Origin: Verrucomicrobia bacterium UBA2281
Lineage (GTDB): Bacteria > Verrucomicrobiota > Kiritimatiellia > CAIQIC01 > Lenti-01
Direction of reading: 5' to 3'
DNA length: 64,000 nucleotides
Assembly: GCA_002347655.1 (NCBI GenBank)
Contig: DDWR01000024.1
Location: 59,685-123,684 of the forward strand
The position numbers and the translations under genes are program-made. Below, in pieces: positions 31,211 through 41,300 of the stretch. The notes beneath the pieces were generated by a model. That model did not search any database. It worked only from the letters and a program-made list of their open reading frames with translations, and was not told where the DNA came from. The stretch's first letter is position 1, and the number at the start of each line of letters is the position of its first letter.

Positions 31211-31319
31211 CCAGAGTTCAGAGGTCAGGGTTCAGGGAAGACGGGCCGGGATCGAATCCCGAACCCCGAACCCTGAACCCTTTTGCTTTCCCCCCTGAAC
31301 TCCGAACCCTGAACCCTTT
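31211..31319. terminator. bidirectional REP-like hairpin cluster between the cyclase (+) and recR (-) genes
   Basis: agggttcagggaag...cccgaaccccgaaccctgaaccc inverted GGGTTCAG units form long stems followed by T-runs (cttttgctttcc / ccttttcacg). Confidence 0.5.
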
Positions 31320-31931
31320 TCACGCCTCGGTGCGCCCGCGGATCGCCCGCCCCAGCGTCACCGGATCGGAGAAGGCGATCGCGCTGCCCGCCGGAATCCC
31401 CAGCGCCAGGCGGCTGAGCTTCAGCTGCGGCAGTTTCTGCGAAATCACGTGCCGCAGATAGGACGCCGTCGCTTCGCTTTCCACGTCGCAGTTCAGCGCC
31501 AGCAGGACTTCCTGCGCCCGCGCGGCCCGCTCCAGCAGCGCCGGCAGCCGCAGATCCCCGATGCCCTCGCCGCGCATGGGCGAAATCTTCCCCATCAGCG
31601 CGAAATAGCGTCCGCGGTATTCCCCGCTGCGCTCGATCAGCGCGATGTCGGACGGATCCTCCACCACGCACAGGATGGCGTCGTCGCGCCGCGGATCGGC
31701 ACATAGCCGGCAGGGGTTTTCGTCCTTGGACGTCACGCTGCCGCACAACTTGCAGGCCGTCAGCTTCGTCCGCGCCCCGTCGAGCGCTGCGGCCAGTTCG
31801 CGCGCCGGTCCCGCCGGATTCCGCGCCAGGTGCGTGGCCAGCCGTTCGGCCGTCCGCCGGCCGATGCCCGGCAGCTTCGCCAGCGCTTCCGTCAGCTGGT
31901 GCAGCGGCTCCATGCGGCGCCTAGAAACCAA
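31320..31931 (-). CDS. recR: recombination protein RecR
   Basis: LTEALAKLPGIGRRTAERLATHL helix-hairpin-helix, C4 zinc finger CKLCGSVTSKDENPCRLC, Toprim; dnaX-ybaB-recR synteny. Confidence 0.92.
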   Translation of the reverse strand: MVSRRRMEPLHQLTEALAKLPGIGRRTAERLATHLARNPAGPARELAAALDGARTKLTACKLCGSVTSKDENPCRLCADPRRDDAILCVVEDPSDIALIERSGEYRGRYFALMGKISPMRGEGIGDLRLPALLERAARAQEVLLALNCDVESEATASYLRHVISQKLPQLKLSRLALGIPAGSAIAFSDPVTLGRAIRGRTEA

Positions 31932-32238
31932 AGCCCGGCGGCAGGTTAAGCCCGGCGGTCAGTTTTTGCATCTCGCTCGCCGCCGTATCCCGCGCCAGCT
32001 CCTGCGCGCCGCGCACCGCCGTCAGGATCAAATCTTCCAGCATGTCCGCGTCGCCCGGCTGGATCGCCTTCGGATCGATCCGGATGGCCGTGATATTGCC
32101 GTCGCCGGCGATCTTGACCGTCACCGCCCCGCCGCCGCTGGTGTGTTCCAGCTCCAGCGCCGCCAGCGACTCCTGGGCCTTGGCCATGTTTTTCTGCATG
32201 TCCGCGGCCTGCTTCATCATCTTCATGATATTCGCCAT
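31921..32238 (-). CDS. ybaB: nucleoid-associated protein YbaB/EbfC
   Basis: 105 aa, MANIMKMMKQAADMQKNMAKAQESLAALELEHTSGGGAVTVKIAGDG..., typical YbaB. Confidence 0.9.
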   Translation of the reverse strand: MANIMKMMKQAADMQKNMAKAQESLAALELEHTSGGGAVTVKIAGDGNITAIRIDPKAIQPGDADMLEDLILTAVRGAQELARDTAASEMQKLTAGLNLPPGFGF

Positions 32239-32247
32239 CTGCTGCTC

Positions 32248-33912
32248 CTATTCCCGGACGTCGAACACGTCGCCGCCGAACAGTTCCGCCGTCTTCTTGA
32301 CGATCGGATCGTCGGCCAAATTTCGTTTTTTCGCCGCCGGCGCCTTGGCCGGCGCTTCCTGCGCTTTCGGCGCGGGCGCCGGCGGAGGCGGCGGCTGCGG
32401 CTCGGACTCGGCCTGCGGGCGCTCCTCGATCGCGAACTTCACGCCGACGGTCCGTTTCAACTCGTGCCCGAGGGCTTTTTCGATCGCCAAGCGCGTCCGG
32501 GACGTATCCACCCGCTTGAGATGTTCGCCGAATTCCGGATCGAACCCGAGGATGACATGGTCGCCCTCCACCCGCAGCGGTTCGGCTTCCTTCAGATAGG
32601 GCGCGGCCAGTTGCGCCGTTTCGGCGATCACCCCCAGCAGCGCCGGCCAGCGGCTCTTGAGGTGGGCGGCTTCGTCGTGGCCCGGGCGCTTGCCGTGGGC
32701 CGGAGGCGGAGGCGCCGCCGCGCGCGCCGGAGGGATATAGGTGCCGGCGGACGGCGCCGGCGCGCCGCCATCCGCCGAACTCGCCTGGATCTGCGCGATC
32801 AGCTCGTCGAGGCTGACCACCGTGGCCGCGCGCGCCGCTTTCAGCAGCGCCACTTCCACCACCGTGCGGCGCGAGAGCGCGAAACGCGCCTGATTCGCCG
32901 CCTCGGTCAGGATTTCCACCACGCGCAGCAGCTTCTCGCCGTCGGCGAGCGCCGCCTGCGCCTTCAGGCCGTCGAGCTGCGCGCTCGTCAGGTCGAACGA
33001 ATCCGCCAGCTCCGGCGCGTGTTTCCACACCAGGACGTTGCGGAAATGCCCCAGCAGCTCCTGCACCAGGCGCTGCAGGTCGCGGCCGCCCTCGTCCAGT
33101 TCCGCCACGGTCTTCAGCGCCGCCGCGGCGTCGCCTTTCAGGACCGCCGTCGCGAGCTGGTCGATCGTCGTCCACGACACCAGCCCGAACGTGCCGAGCA
33201 CGTCGGCCTCTTCGATCTTCTCGCCCTTGAAGGCGACGATCTGGTCCAGCGCCGACTCCGCGTCGCGCAGGCCGCCTTCCGCGCCGCGGGCGATCGCCAG
33301 CAGCGCCTCTTCGCTGATCTTCCACTTCTCCGCCTGGGCGATTTCCTTCAGCCGTCCGACGATTTCCTTGAGCCCGATGCGCCGCAGGTCGAACCGCTGG
33401 CAGCGCGAGAGGATCGTCGCCGGCACCTTGTGGACGTCCGTCGTGGCCAGCAGGAATTTCGCGTGCGGGGGAGGTTCTTCCAGCGTCTTGAGCAGGGCGT
33501 TGAAGGCGCCCGCGCTCAGCATGTGGACTTCGTCGATGATGTAGATCTTGTAGGGCCCCCGCGCCGGCGCGTAGCGCACGTTGTCGCGCAGGTCGCGCAC
33601 CTGGTCGACGTTGTTGTTCGAGGCGCCGTCGATCTCGATCACGTCGAGGCTGTTGCCCGCGACGATCTCCTTGCAGGAATCGCACTTGTCGCAGGGGTCG
33701 GCGTTCTTCCCGCGCTTGGGACAATTCAGCGCCTTCGCGAGCAGGCGCGCGGTGGTGGTCTTGCCCGTGCCCCGCGGCCCCACGAACAGGTAGGCGTGCG
33801 CCACCCGGTTCGTCTGGATCGCGCGCGCGAGCGTCTGGATCACGTGGTCCTGGCCGACCACCTGCTCGAACTGCTGCGGGCGCCATTTGCGCGCCAAAAC
33901 TTCGTATGACAT
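32248..33912 (-). CDS. dnaX: DNA polymerase III subunits gamma/tau
   Basis: MSYEVLARKWRPQQFEQVVGQDHV..., Walker A GPRGTGKTT, Zn module CPKRGKNADPCDKCDSC. Confidence 0.93.
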   Translation of the reverse strand: MSYEVLARKWRPQQFEQVVGQDHVIQTLARAIQTNRVAHAYLFVGPRGTGKTTTARLLAKALNCPKRGKNADPCDKCDSCKEIVAGNSLDVIEIDGASNNNVDQVRDLRDNVRYAPARGPYKIYIIDEVHMLSAGAFNALLKTLEEPPPHAKFLLATTDVHKVPATILSRCQRFDLRRIGLKEIVGRLKEIAQAEKWKISEEALLAIARGAEGGLRDAESALDQIVAFKGEKIEEADVLGTFGLVSWTTIDQLATAVLKGDAAAALKTVAELDEGGRDLQRLVQELLGHFRNVLVWKHAPELADSFDLTSAQLDGLKAQAALADGEKLLRVVEILTEAANQARFALSRRTVVEVALLKAARAATVVSLDELIAQIQASSADGGAPAPSAGTYIPPARAAAPPPPAHGKRPGHDEAAHLKSRWPALLGVIAETAQLAAPYLKEAEPLRVEGDHVILGFDPEFGEHLKRVDTSRTRLAIEKALGHELKRTVGVKFAIEERPQAESEPQPPPPPAPAPKAQEAPAKAPAAKKRNLADDPIVKKTAELFGGDVFDVRE

Positions 33913-33964
33913 GCTGTCCTCTCCGGCGGGTCACCGCGCCCGCGCCCCGTCCGAGCCGGCCGCC

Positions 33965-34065
33965 GCGAGCCAGGATTCCCACGGCACCCGGAAGGACCGC
34001 CATACCGTTGCTGCCTTCCGGCCCTGGCGGGGTTTTGGCGGCATCCGTCGCATGGGACCCAACCC
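33965..34065 (-). ncRNA. ffs: probable SRP RNA (4.5S/ffs-type)
   Basis: Minus-strand sense CCGCCAGGGCCGGAAGGCAGCAACGGUAUGGCGG matches SRP domain IV (E. coli CAGGUCCGGAAGGAAGCAGCCAAGG) with a GGAA tetraloop; it sits immediately upstream of dnaX, the conserved ffs-dnaX arrangement. Exact ends are uncertain. Confidence 0.5.
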
Positions 34066-34182
34066 GCGACGACCGGCCCGGACGGAGCCCGGAACCGCCC
34101 GCCGAAACCCGTCCCGGCGAGCGTCGGACAACCTAGCCCCCCCCGAAGGCGAACGCAATTCTTTTTGCCGCTGCGCGGCCGC

Positions 34183-35004
34183 TCAGGCGCGGCGGCGGCG
34201 GAAGGCCAGCAGGCCGGCCAGGCCGGCGAGAGCCAGCGCCGTCGTGCCGGGCTCCGGAACGACCTGGATGCTGTTGAAAAAGCCGTCGTTGGCGGAAGCG
34301 CCGCCCGCGTTGAAGTTGTATAGCTCGATGTGGTCGAAATTGGTCGCATCGATCAGGAACGACCCGTTCAGGGTCGTCGTCGAGCCGCCGGCGGGCGTGA
34401 TGGCCACCGAATAGGCCTGCGCGCCGGTCAGCGTGAAGGCCACCTGCAAGCCCGCCGAGGTGAACGGCACGCCCGTATCGGTCTGGGTGATCCAATACAT
34501 CTGGCCCGTGCCCGTGAAATAGTTGTTCGAGCCGCCCAGGAAATAGAAACTGAACCGCTCGGTGGAGCCGATGTCGCCATAGGCCGTCAGCGTGAAGCCG
34601 AACTGGCCGCCCGCCTCGACGTAGCCGTTGTCCATGTCGAGGATCACCGACTGGCCGATGCCCAGCGTGCCGGCGAAGGGCCGCGTGGCGTAGCTCATGT
34701 AGCCGCTGTTCGCATAGAGCCCCCACGACGCGCCGGACACGTCGACGTTGCCGTCGCCGTTGCCGTTGTTCTGCGAGGTTCCGACGAAATGCCCGGCGAC
34801 GTTGCCGTCCGGCGGCACGACCGACGTGTTCAGGTTCCACGCGCCGCCCCAGCCGGAGCCGCCGGCGTCGCCGGTCTGCCAGCCGTCGCCATAGGCGCCT
34901 TCCCCGGCATTGTCCCACGCCAAACCGGCCGCGGCCGCGATTCCTGCCGAACCCAGCCACATCGCCGCCATCGCCAATATCCACCGTCCACGAGTGCCCA
35001 GCAT
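34183..35004 (-). CDS. PEP-CTERM sorting-domain protein (putative exosortase substrate)
   Basis: Signal peptide, Gly/Asn-rich body, C-terminal VPEPGTTALALAGLAGLLAFRRRRA (PEP motif + TM + Arg cluster). Confidence 0.8.
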   Translation of the reverse strand: MLGTRGRWILAMAAMWLGSAGIAAAAGLAWDNAGEGAYGDGWQTGDAGGSGWGGAWNLNTSVVPPDGNVAGHFVGTSQNNGNGDGNVDVSGASWGLYANSGYMSYATRPFAGTLGIGQSVILDMDNGYVEAGGQFGFTLTAYGDIGSTERFSFYFLGGSNNYFTGTGQMYWITQTDTGVPFTSAGLQVAFTLTGAQAYSVAITPAGGSTTTLNGSFLIDATNFDHIELYNFNAGGASANDGFFNSIQVVPEPGTTALALAGLAGLLAFRRRRA

Positions 35005-35132
35005 GGTCGATTCTCCTTCTTTCCGCGGCCATAAACCAAATATTCCGCGGCGCAGTCAAGCGATTTACCCTACTATTTTATTGGGATTATGGCCGGATTT
35101 CGGAATTCGCGCGGCGGCCGGCCGTTGACAAG

Positions 35133-35669
35133 ATGATCCAATGTTGTATTATCCCATTCCGAATCAAAGGAACGGCCATGACTACCTCTCCAGCCCAGCA
35201 TCCCTATCGGCGCGACTGCCATCCGCATGAACAGGTGCCCGCCACTAGCATGTTGCCCCTCTGGCGGCGCGTCCACCAGGAGCTGATGATCCGCGGCCAG
35301 AAGTGGAACCTCCCCACCAACGTCGCCATGGTCCTCGTCCATCTCCATCTGCATCCCGAGGATTCGGAACCGGCCGCCGTGGCCGCCGCCAATTATTTTC
35401 CCCGCCAAACCATCACGTTCATCCTCGATCTGCTGGAACGCGAAGGCCTCGCCGTCCGCCAGCCCCACCCCAACGACCGCCGCCGCAAGCTCGTCGTGCT
35501 GACGTCCAAGGGCAAGGAGAAAGCCGAGGAAATGGTCCGGGACATGATCGCATTCGAATCCGCCGCCCTGCGCACCATCGCGGACGTGGATCTCCCCCGC
35601 CTGCAATCCTTCCTGACCCGCTATGCGGATGCCCTCGCCGCCCAGAACGACCGCGATTTGAAAGCCTGA
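35133..35669 (+). CDS. MarR-family transcriptional regulator
   Basis: Winged-helix MarR core ...ANYFPRQTITFILDLLEREGLAVRQPHPNDRRRKLVVLTSKGKE...; the true start is probably ATG at ~35178 (MTTSPAQ); it lies upstream of the efflux operon. Confidence 0.75.
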   Translation: MIQCCIIPFRIKGTAMTTSPAQHPYRRDCHPHEQVPATSMLPLWRRVHQELMIRGQKWNLPTNVAMVLVHLHLHPEDSEPAAVAAANYFPRQTITFILDLLEREGLAVRQPHPNDRRRKLVVLTSKGKEKAEEMVRDMIAFESAALRTIADVDLPRLQSFLTRYADALAAQNDRDLKA

Positions 35670-35680
35670 AAGGAATCCCC

Positions 35681-37063
35681 ATGCGTTCCCGCTCCGATTT
35701 TCCTCCGATTCTCCTCGGCCTGCTGTTGCTGGTTGCGGCTTCCGGCTGCGCCCGCTTCGAGCCGGCCCGCGCCCGCCGCGAGCAGACCGACGCCTTCACG
35801 ACGAACCTCGCGGCCCGCGCCGCGACCGAGCTGGCCCAGCCGCTTTCGCTCGACGCCTGCATCCGCATCGCCATGTCCAACAACTACGCAGTGCGCAAGG
35901 CCGATCTCGACCGCGAGCTCTACCGCATCGGCAAGAACGTCGCCTTCACCGCCTTCCTGCCCAACGTCGCGGCTTCCGCCGGCTACACTTCCTATGAGAA
36001 GGCCATGCCGCAACAGCACGAGCAGCGGTTCGGCACGGCCGACCTCACGGCCAGCATGCCGATCTTCATGCCGTCGACGTGGTTCCTCTACGCCGCCGCG
36101 CGCCAGGGCTACGCCGCCGCCGGCGTCGCCGCCCACTACGTGCGGCAGGGCATCGTCCTGCAGACCAGCGTCGATTACTACAACGTCCTCGTCCAGCAGG
36201 ACACCGTCGCCGCCCTCGAAACCCAGCTCGAGGCCGCGCGCCAGACCGCCGACCGCGTGGCGGGCCTCGCCGACGAAGGTCTCGTCGCGCAGTGGGAGGG
36301 CGACCAGGCGCGCCTCGCCGCCGAACTGCGCGAGAGCGAACTGAACAAGGCCCGGCGGCAATTGACCGTGTTTCGCGGCGAACTCCTCCAAGGCCTCGGC
36401 CTCTCGCCGGCCGCGCCCATCGCGCTCTCCGGCGAAACCGGTGCAAAAGACATGCCGGCGGGTTCCGTCGAGGATCTCGTGCTGCAGGCGCTGGAAATCC
36501 ATCCCGAACTGGCCCTCGCCGACCGGCAGGTCGTCATCCAGGACCACCAGGTACGGCAGGCGTTCTGCAACTTCCTGCCAACGATCTCCCTGTTCTCCAC
36601 CGGTTCGTGGACCGGCAACGACCTGGCCGCGCACGCCGAAAACTGGGTCTCCGGATTCCACGGCGCGTGGACGCTGTTCGACGGCCTCGCCAACGTCGCG
36701 CGCTACAAGGCCGCCAAGGTCGAGCGGCAGCAGACAAAGCTCGAACGCGAAAACACCTTCTTGTCCGTCATGGTCGGCGTCGTCGCCGCCGAAGCCGCCG
36801 CGCGCGATGCCGCGGATGGCGCCCGCGTCCGTCGGCGCGCCTACGACGTGGCCGCCGCCAAATGGGCGGATTACGACGCCCAGGCCCGCGAAGGACTCCG
36901 CCCCCTTTCCGACGCGCTCGACGCGCGCGCCGCCATGGACCTCGCCCAGGTCGCGCTCGTCCAAAGCCGTTACCAGGAAAAGATCGCCGTCGCGAGCCTC
37001 GAACTGGCCATGGGCCTCACCCTCGTCCCCGAAAACGATTCCGAAACGAAAGCAGAGAAGTAA
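35681..37063 (+). CDS. efflux outer-membrane factor lipoprotein (TolC/NodT family)
   Basis: ATG at 35681 inside spurious track ORF 35303..37063; lipobox LLVAASGC; OMF repeats; 460 aa. Confidence 0.8.
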   Translation: MRSRSDFPPILLGLLLLVAASGCARFEPARARREQTDAFTTNLAARAATELAQPLSLDACIRIAMSNNYAVRKADLDRELYRIGKNVAFTAFLPNVAASAGYTSYEKAMPQQHEQRFGTADLTASMPIFMPSTWFLYAAARQGYAAAGVAAHYVRQGIVLQTSVDYYNVLVQQDTVAALETQLEAARQTADRVAGLADEGLVAQWEGDQARLAAELRESELNKARRQLTVFRGELLQGLGLSPAAPIALSGETGAKDMPAGSVEDLVLQALEIHPELALADRQVVIQDHQVRQAFCNFLPTISLFSTGSWTGNDLAAHAENWVSGFHGAWTLFDGLANVARYKAAKVERQQTKLERENTFLSVMVGVVAAEAAARDAADGARVRRRAYDVAAAKWADYDAQAREGLRPLSDALDARAAMDLAQVALVQSRYQEKIAVASLELAMGLTLVPENDSETKAEK

Positions 37064-37064
37064 C

Positions 37065-38228
37065 ATGAAAACCGCCCGCCTCGCCCTTGTCCTCTTCGCC
37101 GCCGTCTTGCCCGCCGCGCTCCTCGCGACCGGCTGCGGGAAAAAAGAAGCCGCCGCCGCCGACACCGTCCGCGCGCTCGCCGTCCGCGTCCAGCCCGTCG
37201 CCGCGCGCGATTTCGAGCGCCGCCTGACCGTGCAGGGCACGCTCGAGGCCAAGAACTACGCCACCGTCGCCTCCCGCGCCGACGGCAACCTCGACGCCAT
37301 CTGGGTGGACGAAGGCGACGCCGTCGTCGCCGGCGAAACCGCCCTCTTCCAGATCGATCCCGTCGGCCGCGAAAACGCGCGGACCATCGCCAAGCAGAAC
37401 CTCGCCGTCGCCCAGGCTTCCCTGGACGTCGCCCAGGCCTCCGCGAAGAAAACCGAGGCCGAAGCCCGCAAGGCCACGCTCGACTTCGCGCGCTACGAAC
37501 GCCTCCACCAGGCCGGCAAGGTCAGCGACAACGAATTCGAGTCCGCCGAGGTCGCCCGCGCCCAGGCCCAGGCCGGCCGCGCCGTCGCCGAAGCGCAGGT
37601 GGATCTCGCCGAGCGCCAGGTCAAGCAGGCCGAAGCCAATCTCGCCATCGCCGAGAAAAACCTCGCCGACGCCCGGATCCTCGCGCCGATCACCGGCGTC
37701 GTCAGCGCCCGCCACGCCGAGCCCGGCGAACAGATGTCCGTCGGCAAGCCCGTTCTGCGCATCGACGACCTCTCCGTCGTCGAAGCCGCCGCCTATCTCC
37801 CCGCCCAGTACTATCCGGAAGTCGAGCCGGGCAAAACCGAATTCCGCCTCGGCGTCGGCGGCCGCGCCGCCGGCACGCACGTCGTCGCCTATCGCAGCCC
37901 CGTCATCGACCCCACCTTGCGCACGTTCGAAATCAAGGGGCGGGTCGCCGCCGCCGACGGCCTCGCCGTCCCCGGCCAGATGGCCGATCTGACGATCGTC
38001 TTCGAGACCCGGGCGGGCCTCGGCGTCCCCTCCGCGTCCATCCTGACCCGCAACGGCCGGACCATCGTCTTCGTCGCGCAGGACGGCCTAGCCGCCGCCC
38101 GCGAAGTCCAACCCGGCCTCCAGAACGACGCCTGGACCGAAATCCTCTCCGGGCTCGAAGCCGGCGGAAGCATCGTGACCGAAGGCCAGACCCAGCTCCG
38201 CGACGGCCTGGCCGTCGAGATCCTTTAA
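37065..38228 (+). CDS. efflux RND periplasmic adaptor subunit (MFP/HlyD family)
   Basis: ATG at 37065 (MKTARLALVLFAAVLPAALLATGCGKKE...), coiled-coil and beta-barrel regions; 387 aa; inside spurious track ORF 36441..38228. Confidence 0.8.
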   Translation: MKTARLALVLFAAVLPAALLATGCGKKEAAAADTVRALAVRVQPVAARDFERRLTVQGTLEAKNYATVASRADGNLDAIWVDEGDAVVAGETALFQIDPVGRENARTIAKQNLAVAQASLDVAQASAKKTEAEARKATLDFARYERLHQAGKVSDNEFESAEVARAQAQAGRAVAEAQVDLAERQVKQAEANLAIAEKNLADARILAPITGVVSARHAEPGEQMSVGKPVLRIDDLSVVEAAAYLPAQYYPEVEPGKTEFRLGVGGRAAGTHVVAYRSPVIDPTLRTFEIKGRVAAADGLAVPGQMADLTIVFETRAGLGVPSASILTRNGRTIVFVAQDGLAAAREVQPGLQNDAWTEILSGLEAGGSIVTEGQTQLRDGLAVEIL

Positions 38229-38388
38229 CTCCATGAACAGCTGTTTTTCACACGGAGATTCACGGAGATCCACAGAGAAGATTGTCTTGTCGGCTTCTCT
38301 CTGTGAACCTCTGTGGCCCTCTGTGAGAGACAGGGATCGGGGCTGTTCGGTGCCATTGAATTTTCTGAAACCCACATAGGAGAATCCC

Positions 38389-41300
38389 ATGTTCCTCGCC
38401 AATGCCTCCACGAAACGACCGATCGCGATGGGCTGCCTGCTCATCGCCCTCGTCGTGCTCGGATTGAATTCCGCCCGCAAGCTTTCCATCGAGGACATGC
38501 CCGCGGTCGACATCCCCTACATCGCCGTCATCACCACCTGGGTCGGCGCCTCGCCCGAAGACGTCGAGAAGGACGTCAGCAAGTACATTGAGGACGCCGT
38601 CTCCGGCATCGACGGCCTCAAGCACATCGAGTCCTCCAGCCTCGAGAACGTGTCCCAGGTCGTCCTCGAGTTCAACTTGTCCGTCGACGTGGACACGGCC
38701 GCGCAGGACGTGCGCGAAAAGCTCGACCCCATCCTTTCCAAGCTGCCCGCGGACGCCGAACGCCCCGTCATCCAGAAAATCAACATCAACGCCAAGCCCA
38801 TCGCCAACGTCTTCCTTTCCGGCGAAGCGCCCATCGACGACCTTTACGACTACGCCGACAACGTGGTCGCCGACCGTTTCGCCACCATTCCCGGCGTCGC
38901 CGAAGTCCAGGTCATCGGCGGCAACGAGCGCGAAGTGTGGGTCGAGCTCGACCGCGACGCCCTCGCCGCCGCCGGCCTGACCGCCATGGACGCCACGGCC
39001 GCGCTGCAAGGCGGCGTCCTCTCCCTCCCCGGCGGCCGCATCCGCGAGCGCGGCAACGAATACTCCATCCGGTTCGACGCCGAATACCAGGACGTCGCCG
39101 ACATCGCCAACCTCGAAGTCGCCAACCGCGACGGCGCCCGCCGCCGCCTCGGCGACCTCGGCTCCGTGCGCCTCGCCACCGCCGAAGTCCGCCAGCGCGC
39201 CATTCTCGACGGGAAACAGGGCATCGTGCTCAAGGTCGTCAAAAAGGCGGAAGGCAACATCGTCTCCGTCGTCGAGGAATCCCGCCGGCGCTTCGAGGAA
39301 ATCCGCGAAACCCTCCCCGGCGGCATGGAACTCACCTGGGTTTCGGACGAGGCCGCCAACATCCAGGCCTCCGTCGATTCCGCCATCTCCGGCGTGCTCC
39401 AGGCCGTCGGCGTCTGCGCCCTGATCCTCTTCCTCTTCCTCGTCAACCTCCGCACGACCGTCGTCGTGGCCATCACGATGCCCGTCACCATCCTGATCGG
39501 CCTGTTTTTCATGCAACTGGTCGGCCAGACCCTCAACACCGTCACCTTGCTGGCCATCGGCCTCTCGACCGGCGTGCTGGTCTCCAATTCCATCGTCGTC
39601 CTCGAAAACGTCGTCTCGAAGTTCGAGACCATGGACGACCATTGGGCCGCCGCGGGCGAAGGCGCCTCGGAGGTCACCGTCGCCGTGCTGGCCTCGGCGG
39701 GCACCAACGTCGTCGTCATGTTCCCCATCGCCATGATGTCCAGCATGGTGGGCCGCATCCTGGCCCCCTTCGCCGTCGCCACCCTCATCGTCAACGCTGC
39801 GTCCATCTTCGTCAGCTTCACCCTCACCCCCATCCTGTGCGCGCTCCTGATGCAGCCGGCTTCGAAGCGCAAGGACAACGCGCTGGCCCGCTTCGGCCAG
39901 CGCTGGGACGCCGGCTTCCAGGCCTTCGCCGTCCGCTACGCCAACGGCCTCCGGCGCATCGCCCGCAGCCGCTTCTTCACCGCCGCCGTCGTCCTCGGGT
40001 TCGTCGCGCTGTTCCTGGGCACGATGAAATTCGGCGGCGGCCGGCTCGGTTTCACGTTCTTCGAAACCGCCGACAACGGGCGCATCTTCGTCCGCGTCGA
40101 AACGCCTCCCTACTACGACCTCGAAAAGACCGTCGCCCGCATCGAGGGCATCCAGGCGCGCCTGATGGGCTTCCCCGACCTCGAACACGTCCTCACCACC
40201 GCCGGCAAGGCCGAGTCCATGAGCGGCCAGGCCAGCGAAGGCGTCTACATGGGCCAGATCGAGCTGTTCTTCGCCCCCAAGACCGAACGCCGCTGGAAGA
40301 TCGTCGACCGCATCGAGGAAATCCGCGCCTTGCTGCGCGACGAAACCGACTGCCTGGTCTCCGCCGCGCTGCCCAGCAAGATGGGCGGCCAGAATTTCCA
40401 GATCGACCAAAACCTTTCCGGCGACGACCTCGAGGAGCTCGACCGCGCCGCGCTCGCCATCCAGGCCGCCGCGCTCGCCCGGCCCGGCGTCAGCACGCTC
40501 GAAACCACCGTCCGCGACACCAAGCCCGAAATCTGCATCCAGCCCAAGCGCGCCGTGCTGTCCGACCTCGGCCTGCCGGCCGCCCGGCTCGGGGCCATCG
40601 TCCGCGCCAACGTCGACGGCATCGAGGCCGCCAGCTACAAGCGCGGCGACCGCACCTACGACGTCCGCGTCAAGCTCGCCGAGCGCGAAGGCAAGGATCA
40701 GATCCGCCAGTTCATGCTGCCCGGTGCCGATGGCCGCCCCATCCCCCTCGAAACCGTCGCCGACGTCGTCGACGCGCGCTCCTTCATCCAGATCTACCGC
40801 GTCGACAAGCGCCGCACCGTCAAGATCCTCGGCGACATCCGGCCCGGCGCCACCATGAGCGGCGTCGGCGCCGACCTGGCCCGCACCGTCGCGGAAAAGA
40901 ACCTGCTGCCCGCCGGCTATACCCTCGGCAATTCCGGCATGTCCGAGATCATGGACGATGCCATCGCCGATTTCGGCGAGGCGATCCTGCTCGCCGTCTT
41001 CCTCACCTTGCTGACCCTCGCCGCCATCCTCGAATCCTGGAGCCGCCCCGGCTTCGTGCTGCTCACGCTGCCCATGGCCCTCATCGGCGTCGTCGCGGGG
41101 CTCGTGTTCAGCGGCTCCGCCATCACCATCCTCGTCCTGCTGGGCATCCTCATGCTCATCGGCGTCGTCGTCAACGGAGCCATCCTGATCGTGGACAAGA
41201 TGGCCCAGCATCTGCGCGAAGGCGTTTGCCGTCGCGAGGCCATGCTCACCGCCATGGTCGAGCAGTTCCGGCCCGTGCTGATGGTCGTGCTGGCCTCGGG

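Noticed and set aside
31211-31319. tRNA-like TCGAATCCC within GGGTTCAG repeat cluster
   Set aside because: No cloverleaf can be drawn. The sequence is part of the REP-like hairpin family seen at 13697, 29821 and 30296.
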